Shown: in pieces, positions 1 through 13,145 of the stretch
Numbering within the stretch: position 1 is the stretch's first letter
Layout of the letters: each line of letters begins with the position of its first letter
NCBI GenBank assembly: GCA_030390025.1
Contig: CM059432.1
Span: 14,510,001-14,574,000, forward strand
Source of the DNA: Squalus acanthias
Taxonomy: Eukaryota
Reading direction: 5' to 3'
Length of the DNA stretch: 64,000 nucleotides
Notes under the pieces: model-generated
Told to the model about the DNA's origin: nothing
Databases searched by the model: none
What the model saw: the letters and a program-made list of their open reading frames with translations, nothing else
Position numbers and translations under genes: made by a program

Positions 1-400
1 CTTCACCTTCCCTTTTGAACGCAACTCACAAATCTGTCATTCATGCCACCTGATGAAAGTTACTCTCTGCACGAACAACAAATACAATGCAACCATATTT
101 TTAGTCTCCAAACACTGTCTACTGTTTTCTACCACAGTGCTTCCCTTTGGTGATGTTGTGTGAAGTACGTCCTCATAACCCTAATCTGGTGATGTAGCTA
201 GGTGCTACCTCAGTGGCAGGAGTGCATGAGGTTACTGGCTGCTCTGTGTTATTGGAATTGAGCTGGGCCTCACCTCAAGATAGCTGAGTCTTGAGATGGA
301 CCTTCTGTAGGCTGCAATACATCTACTACTGCCTGGGCAGCCTAGGCCTGCTTTCTTTCCGTTACCTGAGCGGGCATCGGAGGAGGTTGATGGGAAAGAA

Positions 401-863
401 AAAGAAAGACTTGCATTTATATAGCGCCTTTCACGACCATCGGACGTCCCAAAGTGCATTACAGCCAATGAAGTACTTTTTGAAGTGTAGTCACTGTTGT
501 AATGTGGGAAACACAGCAGCTAATTTGCACACAGCAAGCTCCCACAAACAACAATGTGATAATGACCAGATAATCTGTTTTTTAGATGTTGGTTGAGGGA
601 TAAATATTGGCCAGGACAACAGGGATAACTCCCCTGCTCTTCTTCGAAATAGTGCCATGGGATCTTTTACGTCCAGCTGAGAGAGCAGACGGGGCCTCGG
701 TTTAACGTCTCATCCAAAAGACCTCTAACAGTGCAACACTCCCTCAGTACTGCATTGGAGAGTCAGCCTAGATTTTTGTGCTCAAGTCTCTGTGAGTGGG
801 ACCTGAACTACACAACCTTTTGACTCAGAGGCAAGAGTGCTACCAACTGAGCCACAGCTGACA
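401..863 (-). mobile_element. tRNA-derived Deu-domain SINE (SacSINE1-like), full length
   Basis: A/B-box-like head (TGGCTCAGTTGG...GTTCAGGTCC), Deu-like core (GATGAGACGTTAAACCGAGGCC), L2-like tail GGCGCTATATAAATGCAAGT. Confidence 0.8.
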
Positions 864-1276
864 TTGATGTGTTGTCATACTGAGAGACAGTGTAATCATC
901 TGCATACATTTTAGCCATACCTCTACTACTGGGCACCTCTTCGCCATGACCACTGATTAGCATGATAGCGGACTTATTGACACCAATTAAATCAGAGAAG
1001 CCCTATCTCTAACCAATGCCCAAACCTGTCGGGAGATAGAAAATTGTCCACTCTGGAACTCGAGCCTCCATGGCTGCAGTTTGAGCATTCGCAGGAGAAA
1101 CCCCAACTACCCTCATGGCCTTTGTCATGTGGAGGGGGGGGGGGGGGGGGGGCGGCACGGGGCTGCACTGCTGTAGATCATCTTGGAGTTGCTCCATGGT
1201 GAACTGCAGTGCTGAGAATCCATCCAGTATGATACTGATGATGTGAATAGTGGACTACTCCTCGTCCTTAGCCTCC

Positions 1277-2226
1277 ATGTAGTGTATATGGACTTTAGCA
1301 AGGCTTTTGATAAGGTTCCACATGGCAGGGAATACACGTTAAATGGTAGGACATTGAGTAGTGTAGAGGAACAAAGGGACCTTGGAGTGCATGTCCACAG
1401 ATCCCTGAAGGTAGCAGGCCAGGTAGATAAGGTGGTTAAGAAGGCATACGGAATGCTTGCCTTTATTAACCGTGGCATAGAATACAAGAGTTCTGACGAA
1501 AGGTCTTCGACCTGAAACGTTAACTCTGTTTCTCTCTCCACGGATGCTGCCTGGCCTGCTGAGTTTTTCCAGCATTTTCTGTTGCTTTTTCCAGCATCCG
1601 CAGTATTTTGCTATTGTACAAGAGCAGGGGGGTTATGCTTCAACTGTATAAAACAACTAGTTAGGCCTCAGCTAGAGTACTGCGTGCAGTTCTGGTCACC
1701 ACATTATAGGAAATATGTGATTGCACTAGAGAGGGTACAGAGGAGATTTACAAGGATGTTGCCGGGAGTAGAGAATCTTAGCTATGAGGAAAGACTGGAT
1801 AGGCTGGGTCTGTTTTCCTTGGAACAGAGGAGGCTGAGGGGAGACCTTATTGAGGTGTATAAAATTATGAGGGGCACAGATAAAGTGGATAGAAAGGATC
1901 TATTTCCCTTAGCAGAGGGGTCAAAAACCAGGGGGCACAGATTTAAAGTAATTGGGGGAAGGTTTAGAGGGGATTTGAGGGGAAATTTCTTCACCCAGAG
2001 GGTTGTGGGGGTCTGGAACTCACTGCCTGAAAGGGTGGTAGAGGCAGGAACCCTAACCACATTTAAAAAGTACTTGGATGTGCACTTGGGATGCTCTAAC
2101 CTGCAGGGCTACGGACCAAGAGCTGGGAAGTGGGATTAGGCTGGATAGCTCTTTGTTCGCCAGCGCGGACACGATGGGCTGAAATGGCCTCCTTCCGTGC
2201 TGTAACTTTCTATCATTCTATGATTC
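1277..2226 (+). mobile_element. CR1-type LINE 3' fragment (internally deleted)
   Basis: [33 protein letters not shown] motifs; (ATTCTATG)n-like tail. Confidence 0.9.
1491..1616 (+). mobile_element. Penelope pLTR fragment (family 1) inserted in a CR1; hammerhead motif at 1487-1527
   Basis: Matches the 3' end of the 38-39.5 kb PLE; TSD TACAAGAG (1483-1490 / 1617-1624); CTGACGA...GAAACGTT. Confidence 0.85.
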
Positions 2227-2379
2227 ATGTTTGGCATGGCCCCAAATGCCTGAAACTAAACTTGATACTCACAAAGCATCCTTCTTCTAAAATCTGGTCT
2301 GTGAGATCCAGCTCCCCAGGCCCATCGACTGAGGAGCAAGGCAAGCTATCCTTCTGGACAGCACCACCAGTTATTCCTG

Positions 2380-3315
2380 CTATACCTATATTTAAGAAGA
2401 GGGATAGAACATGTCCAGGGAATTATAGACCAGTCAGCTTAACATCGGTGGTAGGAAAAATAATGGAATCTCTACTAAAGGAGAAAATAGAAGAACATCT
2501 AGAAACCAAAAACATAGTAACGAATAGTCAGCATGGATTTCAAAAGGGAAAGTCTTGCTTGACCAACCTTATTGAATTTTTTGAAGAGGTAACAGAGAGA
2601 ATAGACCGGGGTAATGCAGTACATGTAATTTATCTAGATTTACAAAAGGCCTTCGATAAGGTATCCCATAATAGACTGATGAACAAGGTCAGAGAATGCG
2701 TTGTCAGGGGACAAGTAGCAGAATGGATTGCTGGCTGGTTTCAAGACAGAAAGCAGAGAGTGGGAGTAAAGGGTAGCTATTCACAGTGGCAGAAGGTGGG
2801 TAGTGGTGTTCCAAAAGGATCAGTGCTGGGACCACTGTTGTTCACAATTTATATTAACGATTTAGACTTTGGAATCAAAAACACAATTTCTAAATTTGTG
2901 GATGACTCCAAATTGGGGGGATAGTCAATACTGAGGAGGACTGCAACAAATTACAGGAGGACATTAATAAAATTGCAGAATGGGCATATAATTGACAAAT
3001 GAAGTTTAACACAGATAAATGTGAGGTATTACATTTTGGTAGGAAGAATAGGGAGGTCACTTATTACTTGGAGGGCGCGAGTCTAGGTGGGGTAGAGGAA
3101 CAAAGGGATCTCGGAGTACAAATACACAAATCACTAAAAGTTTTGACACAGGCTAGACAAGCATATGAGGGAGAAGGGAATAGAGGGTTATGCTGATAGA
3201 TTTAGATGAGGAAAGACGGGAGGAGGCTCGAGTGGAGCATAAATGCCGACATGGGCTGGTTGGGCCGAATGGCCTGTTTCTGTGCCGTATATCCTATGCA
3301 ATCTGTAATCCTATG
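2380..3315 (+). mobile_element. CR1 RT fragment plus 3' tail
   Basis: [36 protein letters not shown]; in-frame stops. Confidence 0.9.
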
Positions 3316-5945
3316 CTCACTGGTGTTGAGTATCCCACCCAGTGTAATCACACTCTACATCCCTGGTATGAATGTCTCTGCGCTGGTGCTTGTGAGAAAT
3401 TGTTAGAGTAAAAGACAGAGTATGGTGTGAAATACTGGCATAAGGGAAACATTTGCAGGGCTATGGGGAAAGAGCGGTGAAGTGGGACGAATTGGATCGC
3501 TCTTTCAAAGAGCCGGAACAGGCACAAAAGCCTCCTTCTGTATGATTCTATAATAAACAGATGTACTGGAGCTGGCTCTTCAACAGGCACATGTAGATAA
3601 AGAAAAGAGGAGGATGTTACATTGGTGTGCTGAGGAGCAGACTTCACATCTAACATGCAGAGCAGGAGTGACACTGCTGTGCTGTGCTGAGGGGTACAGT
3701 AGGATAAGAAGAAAGAAAAGCAGAAATTCTTCATGAACCCAGAGCTGGCTCATCTCCAGACTTTAATATCACCAGAACTTCAATAGAGCTCCCCAGAGTT
3801 TATAGGTTTGTGGGGCTGCCACTTGTCACTGCTCTTTCTTTCTGTAAATGGATAGATGCACAGATCCTTGGGGCACCGCCTTACCCGCATTCCACTAATC
3901 CAAAAAACATCCATTTACTCCTTTGTTTTCTGTCTCCTCACCATCTCTCTATCCAGGGAGCTACATTCTTTTTATACAACGTGCCTTCATTTTCATAACA
4001 AGTCTCTTATACGGCATTCATCATATTCCCTTTATCTATACACTCTTGCCAGATAAGTATCTGAAGGAAAGAAATTTGCAGGGCTACGGGGAAAGGGCGG
4101 GGGAGTGGGACTAGCTGAAGTGCTCTTGCAGAGAGCCGGCATGGGCTCGACGGGCCGAATGGCCTTCTTCCGTGCTGTAACCATTCTATGATTCTATGCT
4201 ACGATGATTCTAATTTCTTCGAGGGTTCTCCTGATCTCCCATCATAACTTTGGTGAAGGAGTGGAAGAAACCCTTGAGAAACAGTGTAAATGGTGAGTTG
4301 CTGCAGTGCATCCTGTAGATTGTACAAACTGCAGCCAAAGTGTGGCGGTGGAAGGTGGTGGGTATTGAGTCCAGTGAGAGGGGTGTTGATCAAGCAAAAT
4401 GCTTTATACTGGATGGCATTTTCCTTTTTGAGTGTTGTGTGGCTGCATCCATCCAGGCGAATATTACCTACCACTTTTTCAACCCAAGCCTGGATGATGT
4501 CCAAGTCCTGCTGTAGGCTGAAATGGGCAGCTTCATTATTGGAGGGGTTGTGAATGGAGCTAAACACTGTGGCGTTGTCAGCAAACAGCCCCACTCCTGA
4601 CCTTATGATGGAGGAAAGGTCATTGATGAAGCAGCTGAAGATGCTAAAAATGCTTCCCTGAGTAAGTCCTGCAGCAATGTCCTGGGCTGTGATGTTTGGC
4701 CTCCGGCAACTACGACCATCTTCCTTTGTGTCAAATATGACTCCAGGCACCGGAGAGTTTTCTCTGACCCCCATTAACCTCAGTTTTACTGGCGGCAAGC
4801 AGGATCACAGGCAGAAGAGGCCCAGGTAAGTTCTTTTTCGTAAAAAAACATTTAACGTTTCCTTGTGGCCCAGGAGCAGTGGCACCGAGGAGTGCTTCTC
4901 CTGGCCCCACAAGCAAACCTTGGGCCTCCTCTGCCCTGGGCTTCCCTCACTCTTGACCGCGATCATGAGGCACCCGCCTCCTCCTTACTTACCTTGCCAG
5001 GGACCGTTTCCTGGGGCTCCCAGTGGCAGCCTGCAGCCGCGCGATTTCCCAGCACCCTCTATGTCATCCCCGCCGGCTTCGGGCGGGAGTCAGGGTGAAG
5101 AAATTAAAATCAGACCCGGGAGTTAAAATGGCCCAGGCCTCACTTGTGTTAAAAATGTTTGGCTGTATCCCTTTGAGGACACAGTTTTTACAGCTAAGAG
5201 TCTAGAAATTCCTATAAAGCTGCAATGGCAGCTTATATTCAGTGGGGAGAGATTTCTAGAAGCTAGTCTGAAGTGCCTCTGATCCTGTCCCAGATCCTGG
5301 GATCAGGGGCGTTTGCATAAGGTGCCCACACTATTTTTGGTGCTACTGGAATGCTTAGTCTCAATGAGGGCACAGAATGTCGGAGTGGCACCTTGCTCAA
5401 TGATAAGGGGGCCAAAGAAGATGCCCCAAACTTGACAAGATATTCACAAGTTCAAACTTGCTGTTGGGCAACTTGCATTTCACACAGTCAGGGGGTCCCA
5501 CTTCCACTATGATCTGATCCTGGCATTCTATGTACTCCGGTATCGAGAATGCACATTGCAAGTGGTGCTCACTCTGCAGTTCGGGAGGAACAGTGAGGCA
5601 GAGGGAGGGAAGTAGGCGGTGATTGGTCAGGGAAGAAGGAGAACTCAGGTAGAGTCAGTGCAAGCAATTCCTGTGAATCTGAAATTGTTTGAAAGATATG
5701 CAGCGTTTAGGTAGCTATGATGCAGACAAGGACGGCAACACAAAGGAGGGAAATCACAAGCAACTCCATGGCACTGTGCGATGGAATAAGTGGCTGCCCA
5801 AAGAGAAAGAAGTGTTAATATCAAGAAAAGACAAGTGGTAGCTATGGGGGATCCTATCATTGGAGGGGTAGAAAGCCAAAACTGTTTGTGGCATCCAGGT
5901 ACCAGGTTAAGGGACACGATGGGAAAGGTTAGAGAACATTCCGGA

Positions 5946-6726
5946 AACATAGAAACATAGAAGATAGGAGCAGGAGTAGGCCATTTGGCCCCTCGAGCCT
6001 GCTCCGCCATTCGATGAGATCATGGCTGATCATCCAAATTCAGTACCCTGTCCCTGCTTTCTCCCCATATCCCTTGATCCCTTTAGCCTTAAGAAATATA
6101 TCTAACTCATTCTTGAATATATTTAATGACTTGGCCTCAACTACCTTCTGTGGTAGAGAATTCCACAGGTTCACCACTCTCTGGGTGAAGAAATTCTTCC
6201 TCATTTCTGTCCTAAGTGGCTTACCCCTTATCCTTAGATTATGACCCCTGGTTCTGGACTCTCCGACCATCGGGAACATTCTTCCTGCATCTAGTTTGTC
6301 CAGACCTGTCAGAATTTTATATGTTTCGATGAGATCCCCTCTCATTCTTCTATACTCCAGCGAGTATAAGCCCAATCGACCCAATCTCTCCTCATATGTC
6401 ATTCCTGCCATCACAGGTATCAGCCTTGTGAATCTTCGCTGAACTCCTTCCATGGCAAGAACATCCTTCCTCAGATAAGGCGACCAAAACTGCACACAGT
6501 ACCCAAGGTGTGGTCTCACCAAGGCCCTGTACAACTGCAGCAGGACATCCCTGTTCCTATACTCAAACCCTTTCGCTATGAAGGCCAACATACCATTTGC
6601 CTTCTTCACCGCCTGCTGCAACTGGTGCACAAGGACACCCAGGTCTCGTTGCACTTCCCCTTCTCCCAATCTATTGCCATTCAGATAACAGTCTGCCTTT
6701 CTGTTTTTGACACCAAGGGTGGGTGA
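5946..6726 (-). mobile_element. CR1 3' fragment
   Basis: ORF 6040-6759 carries the CR1 ORF2 C-terminus. Confidence 0.9.
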
Positions 6727-7121
6727 TCTACCTAAAATTATGATTGACCTTGGAAACAACGACTTAGGGAAGAACAGGTTTGTATGTATTGGAAAGGGTG
6801 ATTGGTTAGTTAAATGATAGTCTCAAGATTACTCCTGGTGCCGCAGACTAGGCCAGTTAGGGAGGAGCAGATCAAACACCAACATGTGGCTTGACAGGCA
6901 CGCCTATAATTTCTGCTGAAGTTCTCCGGTGGGAGATTGAAGAATGCCTGAGAAATGGCACAAATGGCTAAAAACAGGCATTCATGCCATTTCTATGGGG
7001 TTTCTGCTGCTCTGCCGCCAAAGTTATGGCATGAGATCAGGAGAACCCAGGGAATTTCAACCCAAGGTGCAGAAGGGAGGATTTCCAATTTCTAGGGCAT
7101 TAGGATCTATTCTGAGAAGCT

Positions 7122-7325
7122 CTTCCTCAAATAGTGCCATGGGATCTTTTACATCCACCCAAGAGGGCAGACACAGCCTTGGTTTAACATCTCATTTGAA
7201 AGACAGCATCGCAGCACTCCCTCAGGGTGGCATTGAAGTGTCAGCCTGGATTATGTGCTTAAGTCCTGAATCCACAACCTCCTGACTCAGAGGCGAGAGT
7301 GCTACCGCTAAGCCAAGGCTGACAA
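7122..7325 (-). mobile_element. Deu-domain SINE, 5' half
   Basis: Matches 640-863. Confidence 0.7.
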
Positions 7326-7554
7326 CTATCATTAGATACACACAATTCTGATGCTCCACTCGGCTAGTGGAAGTGAATCAGAGCAGGCCGTAAGTCTGCT
7401 GATGTTAGGAGACCTGGACAACCATGTCAAATTGTGGGAATCCTTGCATAGTCATGATAGGTGGCCTTTGCCTGCAAGGACGCTTCAGTGGCAGCCACCC
7501 TCATCTGATGTTGGTGAGCAGAACTAGGAGGACCAAAGCCCTTCCCAGGCCAAA

Positions 7555-10545
7555 GGTTAAAATAGTTAAAGATAATTTAGCAGGGGGATGGGCACCAGGA
7601 TGTAGCATTAGAAAGGAGAAACATGGTGCACAATAGAGTGGGAGATACAGTCAGCACTAGAGTAAGAGATATTACGGTATTAGGTGGGGTCAGGCTACGA
7701 GAAACTACAAGAAGATCTAAGATAGGCTTACAGTGCATGTGTGTAAACGCACGAAGCGTGGCAAATAAGGTTGGTGAGCAGCAGGTGCAAATAGCCACAT
7801 GGGAATATGATGTGGCGATAACGGAGACCTGGCTCAAAAAAGGGCAGGATTGGGTACTAAATATTCCTGGATATAAGGTGTTCAGGAAAGATAGGGAAGG
7901 AAAGAAAGGAGGTGGGGTGGCAGTATTGATTAAGGAGAATGTTACAGTGCTGGAGAGAGAGGATGTCCTGGAGGGGTCAAGGACAGCATCTATTTGGTTA
8001 GAGTCAAGAAACAATAGAGTGGCCATTACACTACTAGATGTATTCTATAGGCCTCCAACTAGTGGGAAGGATATAGAGAAGCAAATTTGCAGGGAAATTA
8101 CAGAGAGGTGCAAGAGCTATAGAGTAGTGATAATGGGGAACTTCAATTATCCTAATATAGACTGGGATAGTAATAGTGTAAAGGTCAGAGAGGGGGAAGA
8201 TTTTCTGGTGTGTTCAGGAGAACTTTCTTGCTCATTACGTTTCTGGCCCAACGAGGAAGGAATGAGGTGGGTCAGGTGGATCAAGTTTCAGTAGGGGAAC
8301 ATTTAGGGAACAGTGATTATAGCATCATAAGGTTTAGGTTAGCTATGGAAAAGGACAAAGAGTAATCTAGAGTCAAAATACTTAATAGGAGGAAGGCCAA
8401 TTTCAGTGGGTTGAGAACGGACCTGGCCTGGGTAAATTGGAATCAAAGAATGTCAGGCAAAATTGTAACTGAACAATGGGCTGCCTTTAAAGAGGAGATG
8501 GTGTGGGTACAGTCGAGGCACATTCCCACGAGGGGGAAAGGTATGGCAACCAAAGCCAGAGCTCCCTGGATGATGAAAGAGATAGAGTATATGATAAAGC
8601 AGAAAAAAGGGACGTATGACAGATGTCAGGTTGAGAATACAAGTGCGAACTAGGCTGAATACAGAAAGTTCAGAGAAGAAGTGAAAAAAGGAAATAAGAG
8701 GGGCAAAGAGGGAGTATGAGAATAGACTGGCAGCTAATATAAAAAGGAATCCAAAAGTCTCCTATAGGCATATAAATATTAAATGTGAAGTAAGAGGAGG
8801 GGTGGGGCCGATTAGGGACCAAAAAGGAGACCTACGCATGGAGGCAGAGGACATGGTTTAGGTACTAAATGAGTACTTTGCATCTGTCTTTACCAAGGAA
8901 GATGATGCTGCCAAAGTCATAGTGAAAGGCAGTAGTTGAGATATTCGATGGGATAAAAATTGATAAAAAGGAGGTACTAGAAAGGCTGGCTGTACTTAAA
9001 GTAGATAAGTCACCAGGACCTGATGGGATGCATCCTAGGATGCTGAGGAAAGCAAAGGTGGAAATTGCGGAGGTACTGGCCATAATCTTCCAATCCTCCT
9101 TGGATACAGGGGGTGGTGCCAGAGGACTGGAGAATTGCAAATGTTACACCCTTGTTCAAAAAAGGCTCTAAGGATAAACCCAGCAACTACAGGCCAGTCA
9201 GCTTAACCTCGGTGGTAGGGAAGCTTTTCGAAACGATAATCCGGGACAAAATTAACAGTCACTTGGACAAGTGTGGATTAATTAAGGGAAACCAGCACGG
9301 ATTTGTTAAAGGCAAATCGTGTTTAACTAAATTGATTGAATTTTTTGATGAGGTATCAGAGAGGGTTGATGAGGGCAATGCGGTTGACGGGGACATGGAC
9401 TTCCAAAAGGCATTTGATAAAGTGCCACATAATAGGCTTGCCAGCAAAGTTGAAGCCCATGGAATAAAAGGGACAGTGGCAGCATGGATACAAAATTGGC
9501 TAAGTGATAGGAAACAGAGAGTAATGGTGAGTGGTTGTTTTTTGGACTGGAGGAAGGTAGTGGTGTTCCCCAAGGTTCGGTACTAGGACCACTGCTTTTC
9601 TTGATATATATTAATGATTTGGACTTAGGTGTACAGGGCACAATTTCAAAATGTGCGGATGACACAAAATTTGAAAGTACTGTATAGTGAACAGTGAGGA
9701 GGACAGTGATAGACTTCAAGAGGACATAGACAGGCTGGTGGAATGGGCGGACACGTGGCAGATGAAATTGAATGCAGAAAAGTGCAAAGTGATACATTTT
9801 GGTAGAAAAATGAGGAAAGGCAATATAAACTAAAGGGTACAATTCTAAAGGGGGTGCATGAACAGAGAGAACAGGGAGTATATATGCACAAATCGTTGAA
9901 GGTGGAAGGACAAGCATATGGGAACCTGGGCTTTATAAATAGAGCAAGGAAGTTATGATGAACCTTTATAAAACTCTGGTTCGGCCACAACTGGAGTATT
10001 GTGTCCAATTCTGGGCACCGCACTTTAGGAATGATGTGAAGGCTTTAGAGAGGGTGCGGAAAAGATTTACAAGAATGGTTCCAGGGATGAGGGACTTCAG
10101 TTACGTGGATAGACTGGAAAAGCTGGGGTTGTTCTCCTTAGAGCAGAGAAGATTGAGAGGAAATTTAATAGAGGTGTTCAAAATCATGAGGGGTCTAGAC
10201 AGAGTAGATAGAGAGAAACTGTTCCCATTGGCAGAAGGGTCGAGAACCAGAGGACACAAATTTAAGGTGATTGGCAGAAGATCCAAAGACCGACATAAGG
10301 AAAAACATTTTTATGCAGCGAGTGCTTATGATCTGGAATGCACTGCCTGAAAGGGTGGTGGAGGCAGATTCAATTGTGGCTTTCAAAAGGGAATTGGATA
10401 AGTACCTGAAGGAAAAAAAATTGCAGGACTACGGGCAAAGGGCGGGGGAGTGGACTAGCTGAGGTGCTCTTGCAGAGAGCCGGCACAGGCTCGACGGGCC
10501 AAATGGCCTCTTTCTGTGCTGTAACAATTCTACGATTCTATGATA
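7555..10545 (+). mobile_element. Long degraded CR1 ORF2 (APE endonuclease + RT + tail)
   Basis: NARS, ITETW, YRPP, GNFN endonuclease motifs then RT motifs; many stops and frameshifts. Confidence 0.92.
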
Positions 10546-11589
10546 TCTTCAGCTCTGAAGGGAGCCCTTAGGTGTCTTTCTTATCTGTGTAAGGTCTGGG
10601 GCCTTTCCTGGGACCATCATGAAATTCATGCAAGCTTTCAGCTAGTGAGAGTGCAGTTAAAGGGCATGCTAGGTGAATTCCTAGCATAGCTTGGGAAATC
10701 CCCCAGACACACCCACTTTACATGGTGGGGAAATAAGGTGTAGGACTTGCTTAATCCTCCCCTGCCGGAATTTAAAGTGGTACTCGGAATGAGGTGGAAT
10801 CCTCGTGGAACCGGGTTCCATCCCAAATTCTGACCCCATTGCCTATCCGCCCAAGTTGCACCATTGAACCCCAGTGGAATTTAGGCACAGAAGAATTGAC
10901 ATTGCATAGGTCATCATTCAGCTCCCAGCAGTTCAGTTGGCAAAGTACTTCAAATTCTATTGTACTGTGCAAGAGGCCAGCCACACTGTTAAAACCTTTG
11001 CTCCTTGCACGATAATGGAGGCTCATTCAATGGTTATTGCCCTTCGCCTTGCAGAAGAAGTTGGCCCTTATTAGGAGAGAGCAGCTCAGGACAGTTAGGG
11101 GCACACCGTAGATAAAATCAATTGCATAGTTCAGGGAGACCCTAATAGAGATCATAGGCTGGGAAGCCTTAGTCATTGACTTGCGCTACCTTTTTTTACC
11201 TGCGATTACAAACTGCCCTGTTAATGAACATCATGGGATTTCATGCAGGGTGCGTGAATGGGCCCAGCCGATGATGCCCTATACTAAAGCAATCTACACC
11301 TTTGCCAGAACTGGGCCTGCTTCTCCTCGGCTGCTTCAGTCCAGTGCCTAATTTAATGTAGCCACAGGCATATCGAAACAGGGGCTTGGTGACCTCCCCA
11401 GTTTAGTGGTGAACTGTGAACTGGCTGTTCCCTTTTAAAGTCTTCCGCAGGTGCCTGAAGGACCCTGTAACAGAAAAGTTTACTGTCGTCAACACGGTTA
11501 CCACGACTAGATACCAAATGACATCTCTGGTGAGGTGTACAGCATTTCTTGCTGAGGTTGAGTTACCTCTGCCACCTACGATAGACATA

Positions 11590-12362
11590 GGGCTGGATTT
11601 TGATACTGGGGCGGGTTGGGGTCGTGTCATCCGCATTTCGTGTTATCCACCCGACTGGAATTGGATGTGGGAGATTGATGCAATTTTCACCTAATTGGGC
11701 AATTGAGTTCCAGCATGTGGGAACCCAGGAACCAATTAGTGGTTTCAGTCTGAAAGTCGCCTCTGATGATGTCATCATTGCTGCTGCATTGCAGGTCAGA
11801 GACTGCCTGGCCTCAGAGACTGCCTGACCTTTGCTGTGAGAGGACCTGGATGCAAAATCAGAGAGAGAGAGAGAGACAGAGACAGAGAGAGAGAGAGAGA
11901 ATTTTTTTTTGCATCCAGGTCCTCTCACAGCAAGGCCAGGCAATCTCTGAAGACATTCAATGCAGCAGCATCAGAGGCGACTTTCAGACCTAATACTACT
12001 ACTACCTTCATCACATCTCCGTTGTAATAGTGGACCTGCAGCTGATAGTCAGCTATCCACTTGTGCTCCCGCCAGGTTTCACTGGCGTGTTTCACATCAG
12101 GCGTGCTTCACGTCGGAAAAGGGTTAAACTAGCTAAAATGTTTCAAAATGGCATTACAGAGCCAATTTAGGGCTTGTTAAGGGCTTTAATGGCCTCTCCC
12201 GCCTCTTGGAGGCGGGACGGAGTCGGGAACACCGCGACCGATTTTGTCAAAATTGCGTGGAGGCGGAATGGAGTCGGGATCAGGTCCGCCCACCACTTTT
12301 CGCTATTTTAACCCCCCACACGCCTCCAAACCCGACTCCACGGGTCATTGAAAATCCAGCCC
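11590..12362. mobile_element. Non-autonomous PIF/Harbinger-like DNA transposon (MITE)
   Basis: 12-bp TIR GGGCTGGATTTT...AAAATCCAGCCC with 3-bp flanking duplication ATA. Confidence 0.7.
11860..11900. repeat. (GA)n microsatellite forming the loop of a hairpin
   Basis: Seen directly. Confidence 0.9.
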
Positions 12363-13145
12363 ATACTGTCTGAGTAATAGTAAGCCATGGTGGCTCTGGT
12401 CTCTAACCTCCTCTCCTGCTACTCCTCCTCCAATATGTTTAGCAAAGTGAGACTTGCTGTTGCTCCCATTCTGTAATATGCAACAAAACTAGTTCACTAG
12501 TTCCATAGATGTCTCCTACTTTGCTCACTGCTAAACCCCTGGCAGCTCCCTCTGCTTCTTGAATGCCTGGTTTTTATTGGTCAGTGACATGAAATGTGTG
12601 TGAAGTGCAACTTTGCAAGAACCACATTCATTGCTATATAACAGGTCCTGAACAAGCAAAGAAAAATCCTGTTAATGATGTGTTTGTGTGTCAGCGTTTT
12701 CCAGAATTGTTTATGCATGGGAGCAATTTCAGGGGTAATAGTCAGAGCCTCACTGTTAGTGTTACTATACAAATTACTACATCTAAATGCACTTAAAGCA
12801 AACGCAGCTCTAATGCACAGAACAACTTGCCCCCATTAATCTTTTCATAGTAAATGACTTGCCCATAAATTGAAACCATACTGCTGATGGCAATTGATGT
12901 TCTCGTTGGAGATTTTGGAAATAGAGGTGAAGCAGAAAGGTCAGCTTCAGGCTAAACATCTCAGAGACGTTGCAGATGACTGTCCCAAGTTCTCTTGTTT
13001 AAGGCTGCATAGACCCTACAAGGTGCTGAATAATAAGCAGCAGATGTGTGGTTAACACACATGGAATCCATTCGCTCTGTCAGTTCAGCTACAGGATTGA
13101 GAAGAAATGTTATACACCCAAAGTAACAGATAATCATTATAAAAG

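Noticed and set aside
1134..1152. Poly-G run and proline-rich ORFs
   Set aside because: Simple homopolymer; the polyproline is an artefact.
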